From positions 1,504,001-1,568,000 of the forward strand of contig CAVXXK010000001.1 in the NCBI GenBank assembly GCA_963765675.1: DNA of 64,000 nt, written 5' to 3'. The position numbers and the translations under genes are program-made. Below the pieces are notes generated by a model. It searched no databases. It saw only the letters and a program-made list of their open reading frames with translations, and was not told the origin of the DNA. Of this stretch, positions 1 to 10,231 are shown in pieces (positions within the stretch are counted from its first letter, which is position 1; every line of letters begins with the position of its first letter). The stretch is from an uncultured delta proteobacterium. Its GTDB lineage: Bacteria > Desulfobacterota > Binatia > Binatales > Binataceae.

Positions 1-1
1 C

Positions 2-154
2 GGCTCGACCCGCAGCCGTGTCGCAGTATTGCCCGAGTCCGCGCGCGCCGAGGAACTGGCCCGGATGCTCGGTGGCGCGGCCTCGAGCGAGAAGTTCCGC
101 CGCGCCGCGCGCGAGCTGCTCGAGCGCGCGCATGGTCCGGCCGCGCGCGCTTGA
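2..154 (+). CDS. recN: DNA repair protein RecN, C-terminal fragment (gene starts before the window)
   Basis: Manual translation from nt 2: GSTRSRVAVLPESARAEELARMLGGAASSEKFRRAARELL...*. This matches the RecN C-terminal ELARMLGG...A.ELL signature. Confidence 0.8.
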   Translation, partial: GSTRSRVAVLPESARAEELARMLGGAASSEKFRRAARELLERAHGPAARA

Positions 155-222
155 ATGCGCCACCGCGCGCCCAGCGTCTCGGGTTCATATTCGGCTCTCA
201 CGCCTGCGCGGGCTTATGCGGA

Positions 223-687
223 TCAGGATTCGCGGAGATCGAGCGACATGTAGACGCTATTCGGGTCGAGCACATAGTCGGCGAACGGCGGGCACTCGAC
301 GAAGCCATGGCTCCTGTAAAGCGAGCGCGCCGGCCGATAATAATCCTTTGTGCCGGTCTCGAGGCTGAGGCGCGACATGCCTCTTGCCCGCGCGGCCGCA
401 ATGATGTGCCGCAGCATCGCGGCTCCCACTCCCCTTCCCCGCATGGCCTGAGCGGTATGCATCGACTTGACCTCACCATGATCGGCTGAGAGCCGCATCA
501 GCGCCCCGAAGCCCAAGAGCGTTTCATCCTCCCAGATCGTCCAAAAGCTGACCTCAGAAGATTGAAGCCCGGTGATGTCCAAAGCGTGCCCGCTCTCCGG
601 AGGTCCGGGCGGAAACGTTGTCAGGTGAATATGCAGAAGATCGACCACACGCTGGTCGCTCAGGTCGCCTTGGACAATCCGCATCAT
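223..687 (-). CDS. GNAT family N-acetyltransferase (YsnE/YedL-like)
   Basis: Motifs PPESGHALD, GEVKSMHT, RGRGVG (acetyl-CoA motif A), SLETG and LYRSHGF. GAGG RBS upstream. Confidence 0.85.
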   Translation of the reverse strand: MMRIVQGDLSDQRVVDLLHIHLTTFPPGPPESGHALDITGLQSSEVSFWTIWEDETLLGFGALMRLSADHGEVKSMHTAQAMRGRGVGAAMLRHIIAAARARGMSRLSLETGTKDYYRPARSLYRSHGFVECPPFADYVLDPNSVYMSLDLRES

Positions 688-773
688 GGAACACCTCACG
701 CGGTTTTCCGGTCAACATAGCGCCGGGGGCGGATGAGAGCTAAAGGTCCACTTCCCTACCCGGAGCCGGGTCG

Positions 774-900
774 CAATACGGCCTCAAGCGAATCGATTTC
801 GATATCGAAGGCGCCGCGGTTCGCCGAGTCCGCCTCGATCGCGGCGCTGCAGATGCCAATCCGGCTCTGCTAGTCTCATTCACGCTGCCGGTTATGCTGA
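774..900 (+). pseudogene. Decayed fragment of a GH18 chitinase-like gene
   Basis: Frame from 774 reads QYGLKRIDFDIEGAAV...ANPALLVSFTLPVM, with the GH18 DxDxE motif and a downstream S[FY]TLPV motif. No start codon, and internal indels are likely. Confidence 0.55.
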
Positions 901-999
901 CTTCAACCAGTTCAATCCATAGCCAGGCGCGCGCTTGACGCGCAGTTTGGCGCGGCGTTAAACGGGCGATAGAACCTTCGCGATCGAAGGAAGCCGTCT

Positions 1000-2104
1000 G
1001 TGATGATTCCCGACAAAATCTTTTCCGCCGACTCGCACGTGATCGAGCCCGCCGACGTATGGACCGCGCGGATGGATCGCCGTTTTGGCGACCGCGCGCC
1101 ACGCGTGGTCAAACACGCAGGCGATCGCGAGGGCGATTTTTTCGTCGCCGAAGGACTGCGCCCGTTTCCGGTGGCCGGTTTCGCCGTCGCCGGCGTCGAT
1201 CCCAAAGAGTTCGGCGCCGCGATGGCGGCAGGATATCCGGGCGTGCGCCCGTCGGCGTGGGATCCGGTCGAGCGAATCAAAGATCAGGAGCGCGACGGCG
1301 TGGTCGGCGAGGTCCTCTACCCGAGCCTCGGGATGCGCCTGTTTCAGCTCGAAGACAGCGAGCTGCGCGCCGCGAGCTTTCGCGCGTACAACGATTGGCT
1401 GGCCGATTACTGCGCGCACAGTCCGCGGCGCCTCGCGGGCGTGGCGATGATCTCGCTCGACGAGCCGGGTGCGGGAATCGCGGAGCTCGAACACGCGGCG
1501 AAAAAAGGTCTTCGCGGCGCGATGATCTGGGGCGCCGCGCCGGCCGAGAAACCCTACAGCGACAAATCGTACGATCCGTTCTGGGCCGCGGCGCAGGATC
1601 ACGCGCTGCCGATAAGCCTGCATATCCTGACCGAGCGGCGCGGCGGCAGCGACTTCCACAGCGTGATGAAGGGTTACCCGGCGCTGCATCATTCGGTCGA
1701 GCGCTCGCTGACTGAACTGATTTTCGGCGGCGCGCTCGAGCGCTATCCGCGGCTCAAAATCGTCTCGGTGGAAAACGACATCGGATGGATCGCGCACTTC
1801 CTGCAGCGGATGGACCATGCGTTCGAGAAGTACCGCTACCTCGAACGCGATGCGATTCCGAATCCGCCCAGCTTCTATTTCCGCCGCCAGGTCCATGCGA
1901 CGTTTCAGGATGATCGAGTAGGAGTGGTGACGCGCGAATTTCGTCGGCGCCGGCTCGCTGATGTGGGCGTCGGATTTTCCGCATTCGGACTCGACCTGGC
2001 CCAACTCGCGCGAGGTGATCGCGCGCGATTTCGAAGGCGTGCCCGACAGCGAGATACGAATGATGGTCGCGGACAACGCCGCCGCGCTCTATGGCCTCGG
2101 CTAA
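1000..2104 (+). CDS. Amidohydrolase_2 family protein, with a +1 frameshift near 1939-1941
   Basis: SADSHVIEP N-terminal motif. After the shift the frame reads LMWASDFPHSDSTWP...NAAALYGLG*, with TAA at 2102-2104. Confidence 0.85.
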
Positions 2105-2675
2105 AACGTCGGCGCCAATCCGATGGGCTCCGCGTGTGCGTCCCGAAAAACTCCGCCGCCTCTACCAAAGCGAAGCGCGCGGAATCCTCGACGCGGAGCT
2201 GCTCGACGACGTCGGCACGACGCTCTATTGGAGGTGCCGCGACATCTTGATCGTCTCGGACGCCGCCGAGGGCCGCGTGAAATGCGTGGGCTGCGCTGCG
2301 ACGATCACGCGTCATCGCGACGACAAAAATCATCTCCTCAGTTGTCCGAAGTGCGGATGGGAGTGCGCCTGGACGGATTATCAAAAGAGCTATCGGCATC
2401 ACGAGCTCTACGCGCGCGGGCTGACGGAAGCTCTGCACGAGTTCATGCAGCGATGGGAACAAGCGCGCACACCGCGCGAGAAGATGGCGCTGATCGATCG
2501 TCTGATACACGTCTGGCATTGGGAGTCGCGAACAGATCATGCGAAGGGCCGTCCGGCCGCGGTCAACCTGATCGAAGGCAGCAGACGGCAGGCGCTGAAA
2601 TTTCTCGACCAACTAAGCGCCGCTCCGGCCGCCGAGCATTCGACGTCGTTGACTAAGCGTCGCGCATCGGATTAG
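2091..2675 (+). CDS. Hypothetical protein with CxxC...CxxC (putative zinc ribbon)
   Basis: 194-aa ORF with protein-like composition and CVGC and CPKC motifs. It overlaps the stop of the upstream gene. Confidence 0.65.
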   Translation: MASAKTSAPIRWAPRVRPEKLRRLYQSEARGILDAELLDDVGTTLYWRCRDILIVSDAAEGRVKCVGCAATITRHRDDKNHLLSCPKCGWECAWTDYQKSYRHHELYARGLTEALHEFMQRWEQARTPREKMALIDRLIHVWHWESRTDHAKGRPAAVNLIEGSRRQALKFLDQLSAAPAAEHSTSLTKRRASD

Positions 2676-2704
2676 TTGAAACTCCGCATCTCGCCGTCAT
2701 CGGT

Positions 2705-2780
2705 GGGGCTGTAGCTCAGCTGGGAGAGCGCCTGAATGGCATTCAGGAGGTCGCGCGTTCGATCCGCGTCAGCTCCACCA
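2705..2780 (+). tRNA. tRNA-Ala (anticodon GGC)
   Basis: 76 nt, GGGGCTGTAGCTCAGCTGGGAGAGCG-CCTGAA-TGGCA-TTCAGG...GTTCGATCC...AGCTCCACCA. Has the G3:U70 alanine determinant and an encoded CCA. Confidence 0.97.
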
Positions 2781-2876
2781 ATAAACTCAATTCTTCTTCG
2801 GCCCCAGACGTTATAGTCCGCCTTCGGGAAAGATTGACGTCATGTATCATGCATAGATCGTCTTGAAAGAAATCTG

Positions 2877-5208
2877 ATGTCCAAAAGTGATCCAATCTCG
2901 CAGCCCAATCTGAACAGCTCGCATTGGGGCGCGTTCGAGGCCGTCGTCGTCGAGGGGCGCGTGACGGAAACGCGGGGATTCTCGAAAGATCCGGATCCCT
3001 CGCCGATGCTGCGTTCAATTCCCGATGCGCTGCATCATCGGAGCCGCGTGGCGTGCCCCGCGGTGCGGGCCGGATGGCTTGAGAAAGGGCCGGGCGGTGC
3101 GCGCGAACGGCGCGGCGGTGATCGCTACATCGAGGTGACGTGGGAGCATGCGCTCGACTTGATCGCGGATGAAATCAGGGCGCGTGATTCGCGAGCGCGG
3201 CAACCAGGCGATCTTCGCGGGGTCATACGGATGGGGCAGCGCAGGCCGCTTTCATCATGCACGGACGCATCTCCAGCGCTTTCTCGGAGGCGTCGGAGGA
3301 TTTACCGGCGCGCGCGAGACCTACAGCACGGCGGCGGGTGCGGTACTGGTCAAGAACGTGCTTGGCAGCCTGCAGGCGATGCACGGTCCGGGGACCAGCT
3401 GGAAAAGTATCGCGGAGCATAGCGACCTGATGGTGATGTTCGGCGGAGTGCCGATTCGCAATACCCAGGTCACTCCGGGCGGGATGGGCGAGCATACGAC
3501 GCGCGGCTGGCTCGAGAAGGCGAAGGCCTCCGGCGTCGAGTTCTGCAATATCAGTCCGATGCGCGACGACGCGGCGAGCTTCATCGACGCGGAATGGATC
3601 GCGCCACGGCCGCATAGCGATACCGCGCTGATGCTCGCGCTCGCGCACACGCTCATCGTCGAAGGACTGCACGACGCAGATTTCCTGGCGCGCTATTGCG
3701 CCGGATTCAGCCGCTTCCGCGATTATCTGCTGGGAGCCGAGGACGGTGTCGCGAAGTCCGCCGACTGGGCGGCGGCCCTGAGCGAAATATCCGCCGACAA
3801 GATTCGTGGCTTGGCGCGAAAGATGGCCGCGTCGCGGACCTTCATCAACGTCAACTGGTCTTTGCAGCGCAGCGATCATGGCGAGCAGCCGATTTGGTCC
3901 GCGATCGCGCTGGCCGCAGTGCTCGGTCAGATTGGATTGCCAGGCGGAGGCTTCGGTTTCGGTTATGGAAGCACCGAAGGAATCGCCGGACTGCAGCAGG
4001 ATGCTCCACTGCCGACTCTGCCGCTTGGCGGCAATCCGATCCGCAGCTTCATTCCGGTAGCTCGAATATCGGACCTGCTGCTGAGTCCCGGACAGCCATA
4101 CCAATACAACGGGCAGGATCTTGTGTATCCGGATATCGATCTCGTCTACTGGTGCGGCGGAAATCCGTTCCATCATCATCAGGATCTGAACCGCCTGATT
4201 CGTGCATGGCGGCGGCCGGCGACCATCGTCGTTAACGATCCATGGTGGACCGCGACCGCGCGCCACGCCGATATCGTGTTGCCGACAACCACCACGCTCG
4301 AGCGCGAGGATATCGGCGCGAGCGCGCGGGACAGGTTCATCATCGCGATGAAGCAGGCGATCGCACCGGTAGGCGAAGCGCGCGACGACTTTGAAATCTT
4401 TGGCGATCTGGCGGAGCGGTTCGGAACTCGCGATTCGTTTGCTGAAGGGCGCACCGCGGCTCAATGGCTTCGTCATATCTATGACGCCGCGCGCGAACGC
4501 GCGATCAAACATGGGATGGAGTGGCCGGAGTTTGACGAGTTTTGGAGGTGCGGTTACGTCGAGATTCCTGAAGTGTCAGAGCCGCATGTGATCTTCGACG
4601 AATTCAGGGCCGATCCCGAGGGCAGTCCACTGCCGACTCCGTCGGGACGAATCGAAATCTTTTCGGAAAAGATCGCGAGCTACAACTATGCGGATTGTCC
4701 CGGGCATCCCGCCTGGCTGGAGCCGGCTGAGTGGTTGGGCAGCGCGATCGTACGCAGATATCCGCTGCATCTTCTGACCACGCAGCCGCAAACGCGGCTC
4801 CATGGCCAGATGGACATGGGCCGCATCAGCCAGCAGAGCAAAGTCGCAGACCGCGAGCCGATGCGCATCAACCGTAACGACGCCAATGCGCGTGGGATTT
4901 GCGACGGCGACATCGTACGGGTCTTCAACGACCGCGGCGCGATCCTGGCCGGAGCGGTTCTGACCGACGACATCCGCGCCGGCGTGATCCAAATCTCGAC
5001 TGGCGCTTGGTTCGACCCGCTCGAGCCCGGAGCGATTGGCAGTCTCGACAAGCACGGCAACCCGAACGTGCTGACGCTCGACAAGGGAACCTCCCGCCTG
5101 GCGCAAGGCCCCAGCGCTCAAACCACACTGGTCCAGGTAGAAAAATACGTCGGCGAACCTCCGCCGGTCACCGCCTTCGACCCGCCGATCATCGTCAAGC
5201 AGCGATAG
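2877..5208 (+). CDS. Molybdopterin-dinucleotide S/N-oxide reductase (BisC/TorZ-like), with a +1 frameshift near 3178-3180
   Basis: SSHWGAF N-terminus, GSYGWGSAGRFHHA, TYSTAA (Ser Mo ligand), GGNPFHHHQDLN, RLHGQMD and HGNPNVLTLDKGTSRLAQG. No Tat signal, so probably cytoplasmic. Confidence 0.88.
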
Positions 5209-5237
5209 CCGTCGATGTCATAAAACTCGAAGATAGA

Positions 5238-6335
5238 TCAGCGACGCAAAAGACGGCTGTTTTTGGTGTCACGATAAATCAGTGCGGGCTCTGTGCTGGA
5301 TTCCCCTTGCATCGACTCGACCACATTGTGATGCGGTGACAGGCGGCAAATCGGGTCGGCTTCGGCCGCATTTCCGGCCAACATGAAGGCCTGACAGCGG
5401 CATCCTCCGAAGTCGATTTCTTTCCTGGCGCAGGTGCGGCACGGCTCCATCATCCATTCATCACCGCGAAATGCATTCATCGCAGGTGACTCGCGCCAGA
5501 TCTGTTCTAAAGCGGCATCGCGCACCGAATCGAAATGCATGCCGGGGATTACCGAGGCGGCGTGACATGGCATCACTTCGCCGGCTGGATTGATGCACAT
5601 GTAGCTGCGGCCCCATCCGCCCATGCAGGGTTTGGGCTCGCCCGATAGGTAGTCGTTCTGTACGAATGCGATCTCGAGGATGCCTCGATATTTCGCGATC
5701 GCCTCGCGCGCGATTTCCTCGGCGCGATCATACTGTTCGCGGGTCGGCATCAAGGCCGCGCGATTCTCGGCGGCCCACGCATAGAACTGAGTATTGGCCA
5801 GCTCGAGGCGATGCGCTCCGAGATCCAATGCGATCCGGATGAGCTCGGGGATCTCGGCGATATTCAACCGATGAATCACGACATTGAGGGTGAGCGGAAT
5901 TTCCAATTTGCCGACGAGCCGTGCCACGTCGATCTTCTTTCGGTGCGATCGCACGCCAGCGACCGCCTCAGCACTCTCTCGCGTCGCGCCCTGGATGCTC
6001 AGTTGAATATGATCGAGCCCAGCCTCACGAAACCGCAGTAACTTGTCTTCATCGAGAAGCGTGCCGCCGGTTATCAGGTTGGTGTACAGATCCTGGGTTC
6101 GCGCGTGCTCAATCAGTTCGATGAGATCGGCGCGGAGGACAGGCTCGCCGCCTGAAAGATGCAACTGCACGACACCCAGCTTCGCGGCTTGAGAAAAGAC
6201 CCGTCGCCAATCGTCGGTCGAGAGTTCGTCGCGCGAGCGTTCGAAATCGATGGGGTTGGAACAATATACGCATCGCAGCGGGCATCGATAGGTCAGCTCG
6301 GCAACGAGAGTATATGGACGCGGTGCCGTGGTCAT
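5238..6335 (-). CDS. pqqE: PqqA peptide cyclase, radical SAM/SPASM
   Basis: AELTYRCPLRCVYCSNP, PKPCMGGWG and DFGGCRCQA motifs; operon context. Confidence 0.95.
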   Translation of the reverse strand: MTTAPRPYTLVAELTYRCPLRCVYCSNPIDFERSRDELSTDDWRRVFSQAAKLGVVQLHLSGGEPVLRADLIELIEHARTQDLYTNLITGGTLLDEDKLLRFREAGLDHIQLSIQGATRESAEAVAGVRSHRKKIDVARLVGKLEIPLTLNVVIHRLNIAEIPELIRIALDLGAHRLELANTQFYAWAAENRAALMPTREQYDRAEEIAREAIAKYRGILEIAFVQNDYLSGEPKPCMGGWGRSYMCINPAGEVMPCHAASVIPGMHFDSVRDAALEQIWRESPAMNAFRGDEWMMEPCRTCARKEIDFGGCRCQAFMLAGNAAEADPICRLSPHHNVVESMQGESSTEPALIYRDTKNSRLLRR

Positions 6336-6607
6336 TGCAGTAAGCCGCGCACGCGAATCGATTCCAGAAAATCCATGACTTCATGCGTCAGCGTGTCGCG
6401 GTCCACATGGCTGTGATTCTTCGATAGCAGTTCGACAATTTCACTGGTCGAATGCGCGCCATCGCACAATCGCACGATTGCGGAGCCAGTTTCGTTGAGA
6501 GCCAGAGCGGCTTCGGGAAACAAAATCAAATCCTGGTTCGCTATCGGATCGAACTTGAGCCGCGCGCGAGCGGCAAGCCTCGGTCGCCAGGTGTCATCGG
6601 AGTGCAT
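6332..6607 (-). CDS. pqqD: PqqA-binding chaperone (RRE domain)
   Basis: 91 aa, LFPEAALALNETGSAIVRLCDG. TAATG overlap with the pqqC stop and ATGA overlap with pqqE. Confidence 0.92.
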   Translation of the reverse strand: MHSDDTWRPRLAARARLKFDPIANQDLILFPEAALALNETGSAIVRLCDGAHSTSEIVELLSKNHSHVDRDTLTHEVMDFLESIRVRGLLQ

Positions 6608-7365
6608 TAGAGTTTTCGTGGATCGTGCCATAGCGGAGGCAAGAAACCCGGCGTTACGTAGGCGAAATGAACCGCGTCCAGGAGCGCCCATAGTATGTGA
6701 CACTTGAGAGTGAGAGCTTCGGCGGCGCGATCTTGCGCCTCGCGGGTGGCGCAATGGGCGACAACGTATTGCAGGCCGAATTCCGAGTCGCGAGGCGCCT
6801 GTATCAGCCGACCGCGAAAATATTCCAGGCCGCGGCTGTCGAGCCATGGGTAGAGTTTCTCCAGAATCGCGATACGATCTGACATCAGCGTGGGCGCGAA
6901 CAGTTCCGTCAGCGACGAAGCGACCGCCTCGACCAGAGGGCGCGATGCGCACAGGTGCAGATACGCATCGACCGCGAACCGAACCCCCGGCAGCACGTAG
7001 CGCAAACTGGCTACATCGGCGGGGTCGAGGCCGGCAGCTTCGGAAAGCTTGTACCACTTGCTGATGCCGCCGGCGCTATCACCAGCCCCGTCGTGATCAG
7101 TGATCCGCGTGATCCATGCGCGGCGGAATTCCGGATCGTCAGCCTTCGCGAGGATCAGCGCGTCCTTTTTGGGAATCGTCCACTGATAGTAGAAACGATT
7201 TTCGATCCACGCTTGCAGTTGCCGCCGCGTGAGGTTGCCCTGATGCATCAGCACGTGAAACGGATGCTTGTCGTGATAGGCGGCCGCTCCGATCGCGCGC
7301 AAGCGGTCGATAAAATCTTCGGGCGAATCGGGCGGAGCAGCGTCGGAGCGATTACCTGGTTTCAT
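6607..7365 (-). CDS. pqqC: Pyrroloquinoline-quinone synthase
   Basis: YHDKHPFH, NRFYYQ..IP.KD, RI.DHDG, FAVDAY, SSLTELFAP and QAPRD motifs. Confidence 0.95.
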   Translation of the reverse strand: MKPGNRSDAAPPDSPEDFIDRLRAIGAAAYHDKHPFHVLMHQGNLTRRQLQAWIENRFYYQWTIPKKDALILAKADDPEFRRAWITRITDHDGAGDSAGGISKWYKLSEAAGLDPADVASLRYVLPGVRFAVDAYLHLCASRPLVEAVASSLTELFAPTLMSDRIAILEKLYPWLDSRGLEYFRGRLIQAPRDSEFGLQYVVAHCATREAQDRAAEALTLKCHILWALLDAVHFAYVTPGFLPPLWHDPRKL

Positions 7366-7382
7366 TTTCCTCACGCCCGGAA

Positions 7383-8279
7383 TCACACGATAAAATCCAT
7401 GCCGTCTTCGGCGACTTCCCATCCCGCTTTTTCGACCTCGTGGCGCTCCGGCGAGGTCTCATCGAGAATGGGGTTGGTGTTGTTAATATGAGTATAGACC
7501 TTTCTGATCGAAAGATGGCTTAGCGTTGCCAGACTGCCGTGCAGGCCCGAAATAGGGATATGGCCCATCGCCGATGCGGTCCGAGTACCTGCGCCGCGAA
7601 GCTCCAGCTCATTTTCTGACCAGAAGCTGCCGTCAAAAAAAAGACAATCGCATTCGGCCGCCACGGCGAGAAATTGATCGTCGATTTGCTTGATCGCCGG
7701 AACATAGAGAATCGACGAGTGGGTTCGGGTGTCGATAACTTTGCAAGCAACCACGGCTCCATCAGAGCTCGAGGGCGTTTTCACGTAGGTTGGAATTTTG
7801 CCGTGGACGAAAATTGCCGCGAAACCGAGACCGCAGCCGATGGGTTCGATTTTGCGGTCTTCGACTATCGTCGGACGAAATTTTTCGGGTTGAATCAGCG
7901 CGCCGAAAGTGGGGTTCGACGCGAATGTCCAATCGAAAACCCGCTGTGTGCAATACAAACGAAGTGGCTGCGCCTCTCGCAGCGAAAGCAGGCCGGTGAT
8001 GTGATCAAGCTCCGCATCGGAAAGAAGAACGGAGTCGATCGCCGACCCCCTGACGGGGTGATCTCGTTGCAAATCTGGGAATGAGAAAACCTGGGCGCGA
8101 AGATCGGGGCTGGCATTGAGCAAGCACCATCGCGAGGGCTCCGCACTCACAGCTACCGAGCATTGGGTCCGCGCTTTCGCGCGAATGGTGCCGGTCCTCA
8201 GCCCGGCACAGTTGGAGCAGTTGCAGTTCCACTGCGGGAAGCCCCCTCCGGCGGCGGAACCGAGGATATGGACCCGCAC
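7383..8279 (-). CDS. pqqB: PQQ biosynthesis protein B (MBL fold)
   Basis: LGSAAGGGFPQWNCNCSNC, LNASPD, MGH and HINNTNP motifs. Confidence 0.95.
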   Translation of the reverse strand: MRVHILGSAAGGGFPQWNCNCSNCAGLRTGTIRAKARTQCSVAVSAEPSRWCLLNASPDLRAQVFSFPDLQRDHPVRGSAIDSVLLSDAELDHITGLLSLREAQPLRLYCTQRVFDWTFASNPTFGALIQPEKFRPTIVEDRKIEPIGCGLGFAAIFVHGKIPTYVKTPSSSDGAVVACKVIDTRTHSSILYVPAIKQIDDQFLAVAAECDCLFFDGSFWSENELELRGAGTRTASAMGHIPISGLHGSLATLSHLSIRKVYTHINNTNPILDETSPERHEVEKAGWEVAEDGMDFIV

Positions 8280-8291
8280 GATGGCTGATTC

Positions 8292-8444
8292 TTAGGATTC
8301 CCGCCTGGTTTCGCCGCTGTCGTCGCGGACCTGAGGGCGCGGCCGGATTCGGTCCCTGGGATCGTTGGAGAGCGCCGAACTGTAGCAGTTGATTTCCGCG
8401 TCCATTCTAATCTCGACAAACTCAGGTTTCTTCCAGCCGTTCAT
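8292..8444 (-). CDS. pqqA: PQQ precursor peptide PqqA (50 aa, not in the ORF track)
   Basis: Manual translation: MNGWKKPEFVEIRMDAEINCYSSALSNDPRDRIRPRPQVRDDSGETRRES*. Has a WxKP leader, the ExxxY core and a GGAGGAG RBS, and lies directly upstream of pqqB. Confidence 0.9.
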   Translation of the reverse strand: MNGWKKPEFVEIRMDAEINCYSSALSNDPRDRIRPRPQVRDDSGETRRES

Positions 8445-8570
8445 ATTTGAACACTCCTCCAATCGCTTCGAAGAATTTGTACCTCAAGAGATTCTGCGAA
8501 GGCAACCTGTCTCGAATTATGGCTATCCCTGAGCGGCGACGGCAATAGATCCGTAATTCGGTCTGGCGGA

Positions 8571-9683
8571 TCAGAAAGGAATCGACGGCATGGTAATCGT
8601 CGCGGATGCTGCGGCGGGAAGGTCGGGATCAGCCCTCAGCGGATGCTGCTTCAGGAAGGCTAGCATGCTGTCGTTCCATGACTTCGGCCACCTCAGGTGA
8701 TGTATCAAACCGCGCAACAACCCGAGTCTGCCGATGTCTCCGTCGGCCATCTCGTCAGTGCCGCAGGTCCGATCGCATGCAGGTACCTTGGCTCCAGAGG
8801 AATCGAGAACAACGTCGTCGATGTTGCCGCCCATCAACCTAACCCGCGCGGCAAACATCCTCGCGTTGGGACAAATGCCCCCGATGTCGCATGCGTTGCG
8901 CACGTGCATCAGCGGTACATGCGGATTGAAGACGTGCAACTGGCCGGTTCCAATAGGTTGCGCTGCCACTGGAATCTGTGGACACGCGTCGGAGAAAGCG
9001 CCGAACGGATTTGGCGCCGAATAAACCGCGGCCGCCGCGACCCACGGCCGGTTCATCGCATACAGCATCGCCATCGCGGCGCCATTGGACCATCCGGACA
9101 GATATATTCGGCGCGAGTCGATTTTACCTGTGGCATGCACCTCGGAGACGAAGTGATCAATCGTCGCCGCATCGACGTTTTCCGGGTAAACCGTGCCACC
9201 GACGGTTACTTCGCCCGAAGGACTCAACTGCCGGTACCAGTTATCCCATCCGAATGCGTCCGCGTCGGTGCTGGGATAGAAATGTGAGGTATAGCGACCC
9301 TGCGGCGCGAGCAGAATGAAGCCGAGGTGTTTCCCGCCAAGGTCAGCCTTGCCGGTCAGATCGGTCAACCCTGTGAACATAATCGAGTCAGCGGTCGCGA
9401 CCGAGCCGTGCAGGAAGACGACCAGCGGCAGCGGATTCTCTTTGCCTGCATCGGCAGGTTCGTACAGGCAGGCGAACCGCTCGTCGCCACCGCCGTCCTT
9501 CCATGGGCCCAGAACCTTGCCGCCGCGGCAGATCGGAGAATGCCGCGTGAGGAAGCTCGCGAACCTTCCGTGATCCACTTTTGCCGGCGGGTCTCCAAAC
9601 GGACCGCATGATGCCGCACTCGAGGTTCCGGCGCCAAAGGTGATCGCAGCCAGAGCGATAAAGACGCTCGCAATCGCTTTCAT
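8571..9683 (-). CDS. Secreted alpha/beta hydrolase (PHB depolymerase/LpqC-like esterase)
   Basis: Signal peptide, PLVVFLHGS, the IYLSGWSNGA nucleophile elbow, and several Cys. Confidence 0.7.
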   Translation of the reverse strand: MKAIASVFIALAAITFGAGTSSAASCGPFGDPPAKVDHGRFASFLTRHSPICRGGKVLGPWKDGGGDERFACLYEPADAGKENPLPLVVFLHGSVATADSIMFTGLTDLTGKADLGGKHLGFILLAPQGRYTSHFYPSTDADAFGWDNWYRQLSPSGEVTVGGTVYPENVDAATIDHFVSEVHATGKIDSRRIYLSGWSNGAAMAMLYAMNRPWVAAAAVYSAPNPFGAFSDACPQIPVAAQPIGTGQLHVFNPHVPLMHVRNACDIGGICPNARMFAARVRLMGGNIDDVVLDSSGAKVPACDRTCGTDEMADGDIGRLGLLRGLIHHLRWPKSWNDSMLAFLKQHPLRADPDLPAAASATITMPSIPF

Positions 9684-9844
9684 CGATTTATTTTAGCCGA
9701 GTAGAGCGGAGCGCCAAACGGCCGGCGCCTGCGGGAAAAGGACTAGCAGCATTCAGGCGAGAGCGTGCTGATGGCGGGAACGTGGGCTGGCAGCCGGGCG
9801 CTCGCTACACACGAGCGCCCGGAAAAATGATCGGAACCGTTTTT

Positions 9845-10159
9845 CTAGAGGCCGAAGAAAAGGTTTATGCCCTCGGGCGGCGCTGCCGGCTCGTCATAGT
9901 CCGGGTAGTTATAATAATCCGGCTCGGGTGCGACGTAGTAGTTTGGCGCCGGCGTATAGTAGTAGGCAGGCCCCGGCCCACGATAGCCGCCGCGCGCGTG
10001 ACCTACGTCTCGGCCGCCTCCATGGGCCGCTGCGGCTGGACGCCTGCCGCCGCCATGGTCGTCGGCAAAAGCCGAGCCCGCCACGGCACCGCAGAGGGCG
10101 ATGCTGAAGCCGATCGCAATCGCGATCTTGCTAATCCTCGTTAGAGTAAACTTTTCCAT
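9845..10159 (-). CDS. Small secreted Gly/Tyr/Pro-rich protein
   Basis: Signal peptide ending AFA-DD, a GGAGAA RBS and a low-complexity mature region. Confidence 0.7.
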   Translation of the reverse strand: MEKFTLTRISKIAIAIGFSIALCGAVAGSAFADDHGGGRRPAAAAHGGGRDVGHARGGYRGPGPAYYYTPAPNYYVAPEPDYYNYPDYDEPAAPPEGINLFFGL

Positions 10160-10231
10160 GATGATTCTCCATTCGCCGGAGCGATTCTCTGCGAACCGCG
10201 CATTCCGAATCGTCGTGGGCCAACCTGGCAA

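Noticed and set aside
958-2076. Long antisense or alternate-frame ORFs (e.g. 958-2076, 3223-4512, 28904-29908, 47163-48284)
   Set aside because: Shadow ORFs of well-supported genes in high-GC DNA, with no recognisable motifs.
5215-5232. TGTCATAAAACT resembling half a PHO box
   Set aside because: The second repeat is missing and it lies between convergent gene ends.
8571-9683. Upstream serine hydrolase as the missing PqqA protease
   Set aside because: It has a signal peptide and esterase-type motifs, whereas PqqA processing is cytoplasmic.
9794-9822. Hairpin CCGGGCGCTCG-N7-CGAGCGCCCGG as an intrinsic terminator
   Set aside because: No U-tract follows the stem on either strand, so its function cannot be assigned.
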